Below the pieces are notes generated by a model, which did no database searches, was not told where the DNA came from, and saw nothing but the letters and a program-made list of their open reading frames with translations. Positions 1 through 9,379 of a stretch of DNA of 37,119 nt are shown piece after piece. Location: positions 1 through 37,119 of the IMG/VR virus record IMGVR_UViG_3300029159_000013; one strand, 5' to 3'. Each line of letters starts with the position of its first letter. Position 1 is the first letter of the stretch. The position numbers were made by a program, and so were the translations under genes. Source of the stretch: a virus.

Positions 1-127
1 CTTCCAGATACAAATAAACGTCTTCGGCAGTCAACGACTTACTTTCGTTATTTCCAGAAGGATTGTAGCGACTGGCATTAGAAATACTCGTACGGCCTGC
101 TGAAAAGCTTTGAGGGGCATTGTTGAT
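1..127. repeat. 127-bp exact terminal direct repeat, copy 1, identical to 36993..37119. Circular-assembly overlap.
   Basis: Read directly: bases 1..127 are identical to bases 36993..37119. A gene runs uninterrupted across the junction. Confidence 0.9.
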
Positions 128-367
128 ACTTTCATACGTATCCGCACCAACATCAACAAAATACATTATTTGCGCACACAGAGCGAGTTTAAACTGTTTC
201 ACTCTAAATTGCCTAGAATCTTTCGTTATATCATTGAACTGATAAAAGTAATTCGTTACATTATCAATCGCTGCGGTGGCTTTTACTAAATATTTGTCAA
301 AGTTATCTTTATATTCATCTGCGGCGCCTGTAAGCTCTTTAAACTCTTCAAAATCAATATAGGACAT
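1..367 (-). CDS. Head-tail connector / gp6-like DNA-packaging protein, N-terminal part. The gene wraps the circular junction and continues at 36992..36955. Total 134 aa.
   Basis: ATG at 367 with RBS GGAGGAATCTAAG upstream. Reading frame is open through position 1 and continues in 36992..36955 to a TAA. It sits between the major capsid gene and the head-tail adaptor genes. Confidence 0.6.
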   Translation of the reverse strand, partial: MSYIDFEEFKELTGAADEYKDNFDKYLVKATAAIDNVTNYFYQFNDITKDSRQFRVKQFKLALCAQIMYFVDVGADTYESINNAPQSFSAGRTSISNASRYNPSGNNESKSLTAEDVYLYLE

Positions 368-370
368 CTT

Positions 371-399
371 AGATTCCTCCTAAAAAAAGAAGGAGACTA
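371..399 (-). terminator. Intrinsic terminator / attenuator after the major capsid gene.
   Basis: Hairpin AGAAGGAG-ACTAAG-CTCCTTCT followed by T7 on the minus strand. Confidence 0.55.
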
Positions 400-464
400 A
401 GCTCCTTCTTCCATTTCAATAACAACCCCGCTTGTTGTCGGCGTTAGTTTACCAACTTTCGGGG

Positions 465-1331
465 CTACACTTTTGGGGCAACACCTTTAATAATCGCTTT
501 AGCATTTTTTTCAGGGATATATTTGCCATACTTACCTGCCGCTTGTAACGCTGTGCCTGCGAAATCTTCTGAATCCATAGCACGTGCTACTTGAATACCT
601 ACGCCAGCTACACCTACGTTATCAGCTGAAAAAATTGCTACCTCATTTGGTTGAAATTTTTCATCTGGTAACTCTTCTAAAACAAACCCTTTAAATTTGT
701 ATAAAGTTTGTTCATCAACATTAGCGGATGAATTTTTAGAAGTTGTTGCAAGTTTTGAATCAATTAATAAGTCGTAAACGTCTGAATTAACATAGGCAAC
801 CCATGCAACGTTTTGAGAAACATTGTTATTAACAAATTTCTTATGAGCATTAGAAAATAGTTTTGTAATACCAGCTTCATCTAATGTAGTGGTTAGTTCT
901 TCACTTGCATTGTCAGATAATGCTTTGCCTAACAAGTTATCCACATGTTGCGCCCAGGCAACAGCATGCAAAGCTAAGCGCTCTGCTACAACTTGATCAG
1001 GAATATCATTTACAGTAAACTGATCGACACCTTCATGAATTGAAAGTGGCGCTTCATATTTAACTTGTTTATTGACTGATTTAACTTCTTTACGTTTACC
1101 AAAACGGCTTGAGCTGCCTGTCCCTGTTCCAAACCCTACATTTTCATCTGTCGAATATGCTTGAATAACAACGTCCGTATCTGTAACTTTCAAATCTAGA
1201 AATGTATCGTTTTGAGAGACTCCGTCTTTTGTCTGTAAAGTACCTCCGAAAGCACGTAAAAATACTGCTTTTTTAGCAAACAGTTCTGGCAAAATACCTG
1301 CATATTGTTTAGTGTAATATTTGATTGACAT
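465..1331 (-). CDS. Major capsid protein.
   Basis: 288-aa ORF directly downstream of the scaffold gene in a head module. Strong RBS. Followed by an attenuator hairpin. Confidence 0.6.
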   Translation of the reverse strand: MSIKYYTKQYAGILPELFAKKAVFLRAFGGTLQTKDGVSQNDTFLDLKVTDTDVVIQAYSTDENVGFGTGTGSSSRFGKRKEVKSVNKQVKYEAPLSIHEGVDQFTVNDIPDQVVAERLALHAVAWAQHVDNLLGKALSDNASEELTTTLDEAGITKLFSNAHKKFVNNNVSQNVAWVAYVNSDVYDLLIDSKLATTSKNSSANVDEQTLYKFKGFVLEELPDEKFQPNEVAIFSADNVGVAGVGIQVARAMDSEDFAGTALQAAGKYGKYIPEKNAKAIIKGVAPKV

Positions 1332-1347
1332 AATTTATTTCTCCTTC

Positions 1348-1902
1348 TTAAATATATTTTTCAACTGCTGCTGCAAACACGTCTGTGTTTCCTTTATCAT
1401 TTTTAGGATTTCCAGGGTTAACGATTTGCGGCGTTGAAGCTGGGTCTTTATCGGTTTGAAACAAAAAGGCTTTATTTTCTTGTAGTCCCTTTAATTGTTC
1501 CTCAAAACCTTGTAAATTACCGTCGACAACTTTAATAGTGTCTTTATCTAGTTGACCAAGTAAGATTTCTTCATCAAGCGCATTCGCTTCTTTTAATGCT
1601 AATTTAATTGCGAAATCTTTTTGTTGTTCAGCTAACTGTTTTTCAGAATTATTTTTCGCTTCATCAAACTTTGTTTGTAAATCAGCTAATTTTTGCGTTA
1701 AATCATCGTTTCCTTGTGCTGATTCTTTTAAGGCCGTCAATTCTTCTTGGTTAGCTTCTAGTTCTTGCTTAGCGCTGTCACGTTCACTCTCTGCAGTAGC
1801 AACTTGTGCATTTAGTTGCGTGACCGTCTTACCATGTAAAGCCATGATAGACTTCGCTGTTTCTTCCTCAATGCCTAATGCGATTAAATCCTCTTTTTTC
1901 AT
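1348..1902 (-). CDS. Scaffolding protein, coiled-coil. Start probably the ATG at 1902, not the upstream in-frame codon of the 1348..1944 track ORF.
   Basis: Highly charged E/K/Q-rich coiled-coil protein between the minor-head and capsid genes. RBS AGGAGGAACAGATTT precedes ATG 1902. Confidence 0.6.
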   Translation of the reverse strand: MKKEDLIALGIEEETAKSIMALHGKTVTQLNAQVATAESERDSAKQELEANQEELTALKESAQGNDDLTQKLADLQTKFDEAKNNSEKQLAEQQKDFAIKLALKEANALDEEILLGQLDKDTIKVVDGNLQGFEEQLKGLQENKAFLFQTDKDPASTPQIVNPGNPKNDKGNTDVFAAAVEKYI

Positions 1903-1985
1903 AAATCTGTTCCTCCTAAGTGTTTTTTGAGTGGCAACTCCCACTGTGAGCCGTCTTTTTGAGACTTCCGAGCAGGTCTAGGTAT

Positions 1986-2011
1986 AAAATAAAAAGCCTA
2001 ACATTTGTTAG
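1986..2011 (-). terminator. Internal hairpin plus T-run, possible attenuator inside the late operon.
   Basis: CTAACA-tt-TGTTAG stem followed by a T-rich run on the minus strand, overlapping the stop codon of the 110-aa gene. Confidence 0.35.
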
Positions 2012-2340
2012 ACTTTAATTGCCTTATTTTCCCATTTTTTATATGCATCAAAATAAATCTCTTGCTTATCGCCGTTTAGGGTTAATTCATAATACATACC
2101 ATCAAGCAAAGTAGTACTTAATAGCGCTTTGTTATTTTGCAATGTTTTACAGCTCCAAACCACAAAGACATCTTTTTCAGTAATTTCTTTTCGGTCTGAT
2201 TTATCCAAGTGTTTGTTTGCATAATTTAATACAATTTCTTTACAATTATCAATAAACTTTTGTGAATTCATCTTTTTGCCCTCTTTTCTTAAATATTCTT
2301 CATAATCAGCGTCTAAATAGTCATAAGGATCGTCATTCAT
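2008..2340 (-). CDS. Hypothetical acidic protein embedded in the head module.
   Basis: 110-aa ORF with RBS, tightly packed between the gp7-like and scaffold genes. Confidence 0.5.
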   Translation of the reverse strand: MNDDPYDYLDADYEEYLRKEGKKMNSQKFIDNCKEIVLNYANKHLDKSDRKEITEKDVFVVWSCKTLQNNKALLSTTLLDGMYYELTLNGDKQEIYFDAYKKWENKAIKV

Positions 2341-2354
2341 AAAATAACTCCTCT

Positions 2355-3512
2355 CTAAAAATCATCATAGCGAAAATCTTTTAGCAACGTATTAACTGGG
2401 GTGTAAACTTTTTCACGGGCATAATTTCTGCCTAAATACTCATTAGAATCTACTAGTTCTCGTAGTTTCGCTTGGTTTGCTCTTACTTTCTGTTTCCATT
2501 GCTTGGCATTGTCAGTATGATCTAATGCTTCGGAAACCATTTGATTCTTTTTAAATTTGACTACTTGGCGCTCTAATTGCCGTTGACGTTTCGTCAATTC
2601 AGCAACTTTTTCATTTTCCTTTGCATCAATTTTAGGTTGATTATTTGTATTGATACCAGGGATAAAAGGAATGTGTAAATGATTGCAGTTAATCCCTCTA
2701 TGCCCGCCAGCAGTTCCATATTCTGCGCCCCAATAAGGGTCGTAAATACTCTTATACTTTTCATTACTTGAAACAGATTCACGTAAATCGGCAACGTGTC
2801 CTTGAATCTTAGAACAAGCTTTTCTAGCCCCCATATGGCTAGTGACCAGTACCGTGTGAACGTCATACTCGCTCATACGGTCTTTTCGTAACTTATCATA
2901 GGTGTTACCTAATGTAGACTTTAAAACGGTTCGAACGTAACGTTCCAAGCTCCACGTATGACCGCCTTTATCTACAAATGTTGACTTAATCCCTTTCTGT
3001 GCCCAACTTTGTATAGTACGTTCTAACGCTTCGTCAAATGTAAATAACCCGCTGTTAAATGCAGCGACTGTCTTATTAATGATTTCATTGTACATTTGGC
3101 TGGTGGCTGTTCCATAACCGAAGTTAGTGGATAACAACGTTTGATTTACATAGTTGTTAATATCAGACCACACTTGGTCGTGATAGGCTTTCATAATATT
3201 GTCTAAATCTGTTGGCATAGGCTTTGGATCATAAGGTAATTCTTTATCAATATCTTTTACAATTTTTTGCCCGGTACTTTCAAACATTCGCTCTATTTCA
3301 GATTCAGCAATTCCTGTTACTTGAGAAATGACTTTTGCGGTTTCTTTGTTAAACAAATGTAACTCTTGAAGCTTTTCTCTTTGCCAATCTAAAATATTCT
3401 CGTTACCGTTTTTTAAACGCTTAGCGATGATTCGTATTAATTCGCCCTCTAACGATTGGTAGAGGTGTGACATATTAGAGGACCATAAATCTAATTGATG
3501 AGGCGTAATCAT
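2355..3512 (-). CDS. Minor head / head-morphogenesis protein, SPP1 gp7 / Mu F family.
   Basis: Sits immediately after portal. Contains a Mu-F-like core (HRGINCNH) and a C-terminal coiled coil. Confidence 0.65.
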   Translation of the reverse strand: MITPHQLDLWSSNMSHLYQSLEGELIRIIAKRLKNGNENILDWQREKLQELHLFNKETAKVISQVTGIAESEIERMFESTGQKIVKDIDKELPYDPKPMPTDLDNIMKAYHDQVWSDINNYVNQTLLSTNFGYGTATSQMYNEIINKTVAAFNSGLFTFDEALERTIQSWAQKGIKSTFVDKGGHTWSLERYVRTVLKSTLGNTYDKLRKDRMSEYDVHTVLVTSHMGARKACSKIQGHVADLRESVSSNEKYKSIYDPYWGAEYGTAGGHRGINCNHLHIPFIPGINTNNQPKIDAKENEKVAELTKRQRQLERQVVKFKKNQMVSEALDHTDNAKQWKQKVRANQAKLRELVDSNEYLGRNYAREKVYTPVNTLLKDFRYDDF

Positions 3513-5011
3513 TATTCCTCATCTCCTAGTTCATTTTCCGCCGATATTCTTTCTTGTTCTGGGTAGTCCATTTCTAACGTTTCTGCTCTAATCTCGTAAA
3601 CTATTTTTTTGGCCTCTTTTTCAGTCACACCCGTTAATTTCTGAATAGCGCTTAGTTTTGATGAAAGACCAGCTGTAACTAATTTAGAGTAATAATCAGC
3701 TTTGGCATCTTGAGATTGAAAAACACCGTCATCAAAATCTATATTAATGCCTAGTTCTTTTGAATATTTGAATAGATTAAATGCTGCGGACAATTCGAAT
3801 ATAGTTGTAATTAATTCTTTTAATGCTTCTTCCACAATTAAGACATTATCTGAACGGGTAGAAAAAGTCTCAGAATTTTCGCTGATGATTTCCGTAGCTG
3901 TTTTGACTGATTGTCCATCAAAGCTAAATGTTCCACTTGAAAAACCGGTTTGTAATTCAACAATGCGTAAAATAAAATTGATTGTCTCAATAAATTCCTG
4001 TGACCGTAACGTAGGAACAAATTCACTAATAAAAGGATCGTCTGATTTCAACCGTTGATATACAGATGTCTTACTGTCAAATCGTTTTATAGGATTCCCT
4101 TTTTCATCATATCTAACTTTGAAGAAATGATCTGAAGCTAATATTTTTCTTCTCGCTTCTTCAACTTCATTCATAAATTCATCGTATTTTTCGTTAATAT
4201 CAATCAATTGGCGCTTCGCGTTGTCAATAATACCTAAACTCAATGGACTATCGATATCTATGTTGTTTTTTCCAGCTAGTTTTATATAGACAAATAATGG
4301 TCGAGTAAATCCGACTAAAGCAGTCTCCTCTTTTAGTTCCTTGTACTTGTCTAATGTCGGTAATGGTACCCTAACACCTGTTTGAGATTGTTCTTCTGAA
4401 CGATACAATTCGTTTCTGATATAGTAAGTGCTATTTTCCCACTCATGAAATTCTAAAAGTGTGTAATAAACATTTTTCTTACCTTCATTCTGTTGTGTAA
4501 TCGTAGCAATAGCTGCTTCAGATATATCATTAGTGTTGGACTGTAAAGGGTAAAAAGTATCAGCTCGGCAAAAGGATATTTTTATTTTGTTTGTCTTTGT
4601 GTCTACATAGGGACGTAGGACAAGCCCTCCTATTGCATATCCTGCTTCCAGCTCTTCACCAAAGTTCTTACGAAACTTATTATCGTTAAAAACTGATTGT
4701 AAAAACTGGTCCGCTTCATCATTATCAATGCTTATCGCACACCCGTCATTAAAGACTAGCTTAGCTAATTTGCGAGAAACTACTTTTGATACATTTAATG
4801 AATGAAAAGCCCTGTGCATACGCATACCATCACTATTAACGTAGCTCACATCAGGAAACTTATTTTTATATATGCGTTTGTTGTCCATTATTCTATCGAT
4901 TTCAGCAGTATTTACTCCGATTTTTGGATGATCTGTAATTCTATTAAGTGTTTCTACCATACCTATTTTTGCACCTCCAATCCTGAACATCGCTTTTAAT
5001 TTGTCAAACAT
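3512..5011 (-). CDS. Portal protein, SPP1 Gp6-like.
   Basis: 499 aa, immediately downstream of terL. Acidic C-terminus. Confidence 0.75.
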   Translation of the reverse strand: MFDKLKAMFRIGGAKIGMVETLNRITDHPKIGVNTAEIDRIMDNKRIYKNKFPDVSYVNSDGMRMHRAFHSLNVSKVVSRKLAKLVFNDGCAISIDNDEADQFLQSVFNDNKFRKNFGEELEAGYAIGGLVLRPYVDTKTNKIKISFCRADTFYPLQSNTNDISEAAIATITQQNEGKKNVYYTLLEFHEWENSTYYIRNELYRSEEQSQTGVRVPLPTLDKYKELKEETALVGFTRPLFVYIKLAGKNNIDIDSPLSLGIIDNAKRQLIDINEKYDEFMNEVEEARRKILASDHFFKVRYDEKGNPIKRFDSKTSVYQRLKSDDPFISEFVPTLRSQEFIETINFILRIVELQTGFSSGTFSFDGQSVKTATEIISENSETFSTRSDNVLIVEEALKELITTIFELSAAFNLFKYSKELGINIDFDDGVFQSQDAKADYYSKLVTAGLSSKLSAIQKLTGVTEKEAKKIVYEIRAETLEMDYPEQERISAENELGDEE

Positions 5012-5026
5012 GTAAACACCTCTTTT

Positions 5027-6316
5027 CTAGGCGATATAGGTTTTATAAAAGTAATTATTACCATACCTTGCTTCATCAAGTGCATGATTATATTTATCTA
5101 CGGGCAATCCATTGTCATTTCTCACATACATAGAGATTTCTTTTTCAAAATTATAGTGGTCAAATTCTTCTCCACATTCTAAAACTATAAATTGGCCACT
5201 TATCATGGTGTTTTGTAGTCGTTCTATTCCAACCTCTATCTTTAAACCATTACTTGAAACTTTATCGGAGCTATTGTTATCAGCTTTATCTGTAATAATC
5301 CCTATTAAGTCAAGCTCAGAACGTAACGTTTTACAGGCAGGATCGACAAAGAAATAATTCCAGTGTGGCAAATGGTTCCATTTTGTATAACACCACTCAA
5401 CAAACTGTTTAATCTCTTTTGCATAAATTGACATCGCTTTTGTTTCTCCCGTATCCGTTCCGCTATGATAGTAGTTTGCTAAACGATACAGATAAAATTT
5501 CCCAGCATAGAAGGTGACAACCCAAAATGCACAGGTAGTTGCATCAGCTTGGCCACCATCAGCAGTAAAAAACGTTTCAATGATGTTTCCTTTTATTTCG
5601 GTTGCCTTGTTGTTCTTACCGAACATCGAGTAAATAACACCTTGTGGTAGCACTCTATGACCATACCAGTCACGTTCTAAAAGATATTCGCTACTTGATA
5701 ACTCATCGTATAACTGCTGCTTTCTTGATTCACTTAAGATTGGATTATCATCTGGTGTCCAATGACGAAATAAAAAACGTCCTGATTTCTCAAAACGTTC
5801 TAACAATTCTAAATTAGGGTGATTCGGTGCTGGCGGATTCTGTTCGCCTAAATGATAGCGCCATTCTGCAGCAAAAGTACGTCTAAAGCACTCATTAATG
5901 AAATCTTTATGCAGCAAGTTAAATTCTAAGAAAGTAACTGAGCCTAACGACATACCCGTAATAGCACCAACCGAATTGATTTTGCCGCCGCCTTTGTAAT
6001 AAATCTTTTTTTCTCCGTTAGGTGCATATAAAAGCAAATGGTCCCCATGCTCATCATGTCGAATATCTGAAACACCATCAAAGATATGCATTAAGCCTAA
6101 ACCGTCACCGTCCATAAACATTCGGAAAGCTTGTTCTTGATTATAAGCAGTCACAAGATGGTTCTGGTCTGGTGAGCGTAAATAGAAGTCTGCCATTTTA
6201 AATATATCACTGGTGGTTTTTCCGCTACGAGGAGTGCCTTCGTTTAGTTCAAAGGTTACTTTACTTGTATCATAATTGATATTTGCCACTTGCTTATCAC
6301 TAAAATTAATTGCCAT
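5027..6316 (-). CDS. terL: Terminase large subunit.
   Basis: Walker A motif GTPRSGKTT near the N-terminus. 429 aa. Overlaps terS. Confidence 0.85.
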   Translation of the reverse strand: MAINFSDKQVANINYDTSKVTFELNEGTPRSGKTTSDIFKMADFYLRSPDQNHLVTAYNQEQAFRMFMDGDGLGLMHIFDGVSDIRHDEHGDHLLLYAPNGEKKIYYKGGGKINSVGAITGMSLGSVTFLEFNLLHKDFINECFRRTFAAEWRYHLGEQNPPAPNHPNLELLERFEKSGRFLFRHWTPDDNPILSESRKQQLYDELSSSEYLLERDWYGHRVLPQGVIYSMFGKNNKATEIKGNIIETFFTADGGQADATTCAFWVVTFYAGKFYLYRLANYYHSGTDTGETKAMSIYAKEIKQFVEWCYTKWNHLPHWNYFFVDPACKTLRSELDLIGIITDKADNNSSDKVSSNGLKIEVGIERLQNTMISGQFIVLECGEEFDHYNFEKEISMYVRNDNGLPVDKYNHALDEARYGNNYFYKTYIA

Positions 6317-7151
6317 CGCTCACACCTCGTGATTTTACTTCTAACAAGGCTTCTAGCAATTCATTAGCTTTACCTCCAGCGGTTAACTTATCAGCCTTAT
6401 TCGTAAGTATTTTCGCTTCTGCTTGAGCTTTTTCAGTTTGCGCTTGTTTTAATTCATCAGTAGCAATATACTTCATCAACTCACTCATAGCCTTTTGCTT
6501 ATCGTAAAGCTTAACTGATACACCGTCTTTACCTTTTTTAACTTCCTGAATCAATGTACCGTCAACCTCGTTCGAATCTTTAAGAGAGACATTTGAAACT
6601 TTGTATGTTTTTACTTCGCCTGTTTCTTCGTCTATAACCTCTTCACCATTAATATCTTTAAACGGATATTCATCATAACCAAATTCTGTAAAATCGGTAA
6701 TATCGGCAAATGCTTGCTTAACATACTCTTGTATCAAGTCTTTAATATCCACAAACACATCTTGTTGCAACTCTGCTTTTAAACGGTGCAACTCTTTTTT
6801 TATGCGATCTTTTGCTAGCAACCTAATGCTATTGGCTCTAGCTGAATTATAGCCACATCCGTATGCTTGTTGATATGCCTTAGTGGCGTTAAAATGCTGT
6901 AAATAAAATAAACAGAACATTTTCTGTTGCTCTGTTAAAGCATCATTCTCTATAACGGGTTGCGACTCTTTTTTGTGTGCAACCTTTTTCTTTTTGGTTG
7001 CAACCTCTTTAGGAGTCGCGTTCCATTTGCGAGATTTCCAAGACTTCACGGTGTTAATAGATACATCGTATTTATCTGCTATATCTTTATACTTCATACC
7101 ATTTTTATAATTCTCATATGCTAAGTCCCATTTCTGCACACCCAACGCCAC
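6306..7151 (-). CDS. terS: Terminase small subunit, N-terminal HTH. True start probably the TTG/GTG at 7145-7151.
   Basis: HTH sequence KYKDIADKYDVSINTVKSWKSRK. AGGAGG RBS at 7153-7158. Directly upstream of terL. Confidence 0.75.
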   Translation of the reverse strand: MALGVQKWDLAYENYKNGMKYKDIADKYDVSINTVKSWKSRKWNATPKEVATKKKKVAHKKESQPVIENDALTEQQKMFCLFYLQHFNATKAYQQAYGCGYNSARANSIRLLAKDRIKKELHRLKAELQQDVFVDIKDLIQEYVKQAFADITDFTEFGYDEYPFKDINGEEVIDEETGEVKTYKVSNVSLKDSNEVDGTLIQEVKKGKDGVSVKLYDKQKAMSELMKYIATDELKQAQTEKAQAEAKILTNKADKLTAGGKANELLEALLEVKSRGVSDGN

Positions 7152-7287
7152 CTCCTAATTAATTTTATGTAAATGTGCGACAGATACATTAATACCTGTT
7201 ATACTCTTTATATGGTAGTACTCCTTTTTTAAAAGCTTGAGTTCAGAGATTACAATCTATCTTAATTTTGACACTAACGCTACCTAG

Positions 7288-7317
7288 CCACTAGACCCAT
7301 AATCTAGTGGTTTTTTT
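7288..7317 (+). terminator. Rho-independent terminator on the plus strand.
   Basis: CCACTAG-N9-CTAGTGG stem followed by T7. Confidence 0.6.
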
Positions 7318-7323
7318 ACGTAC

Positions 7324-7356
7324 AAAAAAAGACCACTCATTTTTATTGAGTAGTCT
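7324..7356 (-). terminator. Rho-independent terminator ending the early minus-strand transcript. Together with 7288..7317 it forms a bidirectional pair.
   Basis: GACCACTCA-N8-TGAGTAGTC stem followed by T7 on the minus strand. Confidence 0.55.
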
Positions 7357-7527
7357 AAAGATTTATATTAGACTGCCTAGCCAATCTAACACTTATTTAA
7401 CAATACTAGGTTGCTAGCCACTTTATCCTGTTTCCGCAGGCTGGCTAATTCTGAAAGGAGGTGAACCGATCGTTAAAATAAGAAACATTTATTGACGATT
7501 TTTTTATTTAAGTAGCATAGCTACTTA

Positions 7528-7601
7528 TTGACGTGACAGGAGTCGAACCTGCATGTACTTGATTGAAAACCAACCGCTCTCACAAATTGAGCTACACGCC
7601 A
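7528..7601 (-). tRNA. tRNA-like cloverleaf with predicted anticodon UUC (Glu). No encoded CCA. One G.G mismatch at pair 27:43.
   Basis: Folded by eye. Acceptor stem TGGCGTG/CACGTCA has 7 bp. D-arm GCTC..GAGC. Anticodon arm GTTGG-TTTTCAA-TCAAG with U33 and A37. T-arm GCAGG-TTCGACT-CCTGT. Confidence 0.5.
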
Positions 7602-8179
7602 TACCAGAAGGAGCTACCTCCTAGCAATTGCTAATAAATCAAATTAACCTTTACACACTCTCGTCAGAATGTTTTCCCATCAGGACGTAGCTTTCGCAGA
7701 CTTTCACGGCTAAAATGATTATGTCACTGGCAAGGATTTGCACCTTGGTATGGTCTATATTCCACCACAGTGACCGATCAATCAAACACCAGCAAAAACA
7801 ATTGATCAAGTTTATCCTAAACGTACCTAGCTGCTACTCTATGAGTTTAGGAATTGCTCTCGTGCGTAAGCAGCTGCCGCAGAGTTCTGGTTAGTGTCAT
7901 ATCTTCAGATGCTGGGCTAAAATACCGCGCCTAGCCTCGCTTACTACGCTTTACCTTGCGTAAGGTAGTTACTGCATCTCTAGTAACTATTTGTCACTTG
8001 CAAACCTGTAGAAAAAAAGAGAAGGCTCTTCACCTCCCCTCTAAGAGAACGTATCAGTTTGCGAGTGATAGTGTGATCAGTGTTAGCAACGAGATAATAT
8101 TTATTTTTGATTTCCTTACACTTCTCACACTACTAATTTACCATGTGAAATAACCTCGATAGTGCACAAATAGTGCAAA

Positions 8180-8599
8180 TTATATATCTAAATTTAATTC
8201 TTTTGCGATTTCTTCAAAAAATATTCTTTGTAATTCGAAGGCCTTTCTTCTACTACAAAATATTTTCCCTTGATCAATTAATCCTTGCATAGTGAATCTA
8301 GGCCGTTTTTTAAAATGAAGTTCTTGAATGATAGTGATGGTATCCTCACACGATTCACTAAGCACTTTGTCAATGATGCGTTTATTCCGTTCTAAGCTTG
8401 CTAGCCGCCTGTCTTGTTCAATCGTAATAAGTAAATTGGCAGCAGCTTCATTATTTCCGTGTGATCCTTTAATGCCACTGTTCAAATCACTTTCTCTAAA
8501 TGGATAACGTAATTCTTCTTCGCGTTGCCGAATATAGTCATCGGTTTTATAATAGTCCCCTAAAATATCTTTGATATAGTTAAATGTTGATGTCCGCAA
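8180..8599 (-). CDS. arpU: ArpU-family late-gene transcriptional regulator (sigma-like).
   Basis: 139 aa, the last early gene before terS. The sequence pattern resembles ArpU / TIGR01637-type phage activators. Confidence 0.55.
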   Translation of the reverse strand: MRTSTFNYIKDILGDYYKTDDYIRQREEELRYPFRESDLNSGIKGSHGNNEAAANLLITIEQDRRLASLERNKRIIDKVLSESCEDTITIIQELHFKKRPRFTMQGLIDQGKIFCSRRKAFELQRIFFEEIAKELNLDI

Positions 8600-8812
8600 C
8601 TAATCATCATCTCCTAATACTGTTATCGGTCTACCATATTTCAAAATTTTCCATTCGCCATCTTTTGTATTGGTTTTATTCATATGATTTCTTTCATCAC
8701 GAGCAATTGTATAATTGAAAAATAAATCGGCTTGTTCTGATCCATGCAGGTACTCAACATAAACGCCGTCTACTTGACGGCCCAGTATATATAATTCTGG
8801 ATAACTTAGCAT
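8600..8812 (-). CDS. Hypothetical protein.
   Basis: 70-aa ORF, translationally coupled to its neighbours. Confidence 0.4.
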   Translation of the reverse strand: MLSYPELYILGRQVDGVYVEYLHGSEQADLFFNYTIARDERNHMNKTNTKDGEWKILKYGRPITVLGDDD

Positions 8813-9123
8813 TGTTGTTCTCCTTCAAGAGATATAGTCGCACCAGTGATTTTTAAGCCAATTAGTTTACTTAAAACCATAATTGCTTCATCAACCAGCA
8901 ATCCATCTCGTTGAATAGAACTGGCAAATGTAAAGCGGTCCATCATTACAATTTCTTCCACTGTCACAGGATATGGAATATTTACACCTATCCTTTTTGC
9001 AATTTGCTCAATAGCTTGAACATGCGATTTATTCGATGCTAAAATATACTGGCCTGTTCTAGCTGATTCTTTAACTAGCTCTGTTGTTTTTCCAGTCCCT
9101 CGACCTTTAGCAATAATTTTCAT
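8806..9123 (-). CDS. Small P-loop protein (GRGTGKT Walker A).
   Basis: Walker-A-like motif at residues 7-13. Confidence 0.45.
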   Translation of the reverse strand: MKIIAKGRGTGKTTELVKESARTGQYILASNKSHVQAIEQIAKRIGVNIPYPVTVEEIVMMDRFTFASSIQRDGLLVDEAIMVLSKLIGLKITGATISLEGEQQC

Positions 9124-9136
9124 TTATTTGACCTCC

Positions 9137-9379
9137 TTACTTAATCCCCAGCACTACATAGCCATCTTGTTGGGCGTAATCTGTAATGTATGTTATTTCT
9201 GCAACATGAAAATTGCCTGTATACTTGCCATCTTCATCACACATGCCTTCTTGAATTTCAACACTGGTGATAATTTTGAAAAATCCGTTGTCTGATCCTT
9301 GAGCATTTACCAAGACTTCAATGTCACCGTAGATATCTTGTAATTCTTGTATTTTAGCTATTGCTTCTGAACTATTCAT
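9137..9379 (-). CDS. Hypothetical protein.
   Basis: 80-aa ORF with RBS. Confidence 0.4.
   Translation of the reverse strand: MNSSEAIAKIQELQDIYGDIEVLVNAQGSDNGFFKIITSVEIQEGMCDEDGKYTGNFHVAEITYITDYAQQDGYVVLGIK

Noticed and set aside
1-127. The 127-bp terminal repeat as a genuine phage direct terminal repeat or a host att duplication
   Set aside because: A gene reads uninterrupted through the junction and the length equals a common assembler k-mer (127), so it is an assembly artefact of a circular contig. The phage has a PBSX/SPP1-type terminase consistent with headful packaging.
2355-3512. C-terminal approx 130 aa of the gp7/Mu-F-like minor head protein as a fused polymorphic toxin domain
   Set aside because: The HRGINCNH stretch is better explained as the conserved core of the Mu-F domain itself, and the remainder is a simple coiled coil. 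There is no recognisable toxin motif.
7454-7472. Consensus Gram-positive SD AAAGGAGGTGA with no ORF. Also considered as a 16S rRNA 3'-end-like (anti-SD) fragment.
   Set aside because: No ATG/GTG/TTG in frame within 5-12 nt. Only the short AGGAGGTGA core resembles the complement of the 16S 3' end, and the flanks do not match rRNA. Kept only as part of the non-coding-region finding.
7528-7601. tRNA-like element as merely the 3' tRNA fragment of an attP for the tyrosine recombinase
   Set aside because: Both halves of the cloverleaf (including the 5' acceptor strand and D-arm) are present, not just a 3' fragment, and it lies 2.7 kb from the recombinase gene with five genes between. Not fully excluded, see findings.
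7956-8153. 65-aa plus-strand ORF in the non-coding region
   Set aside because: No RBS, no start-codon context, and it is the only ORF in an otherwise structured non-coding stretch. Likely spurious.
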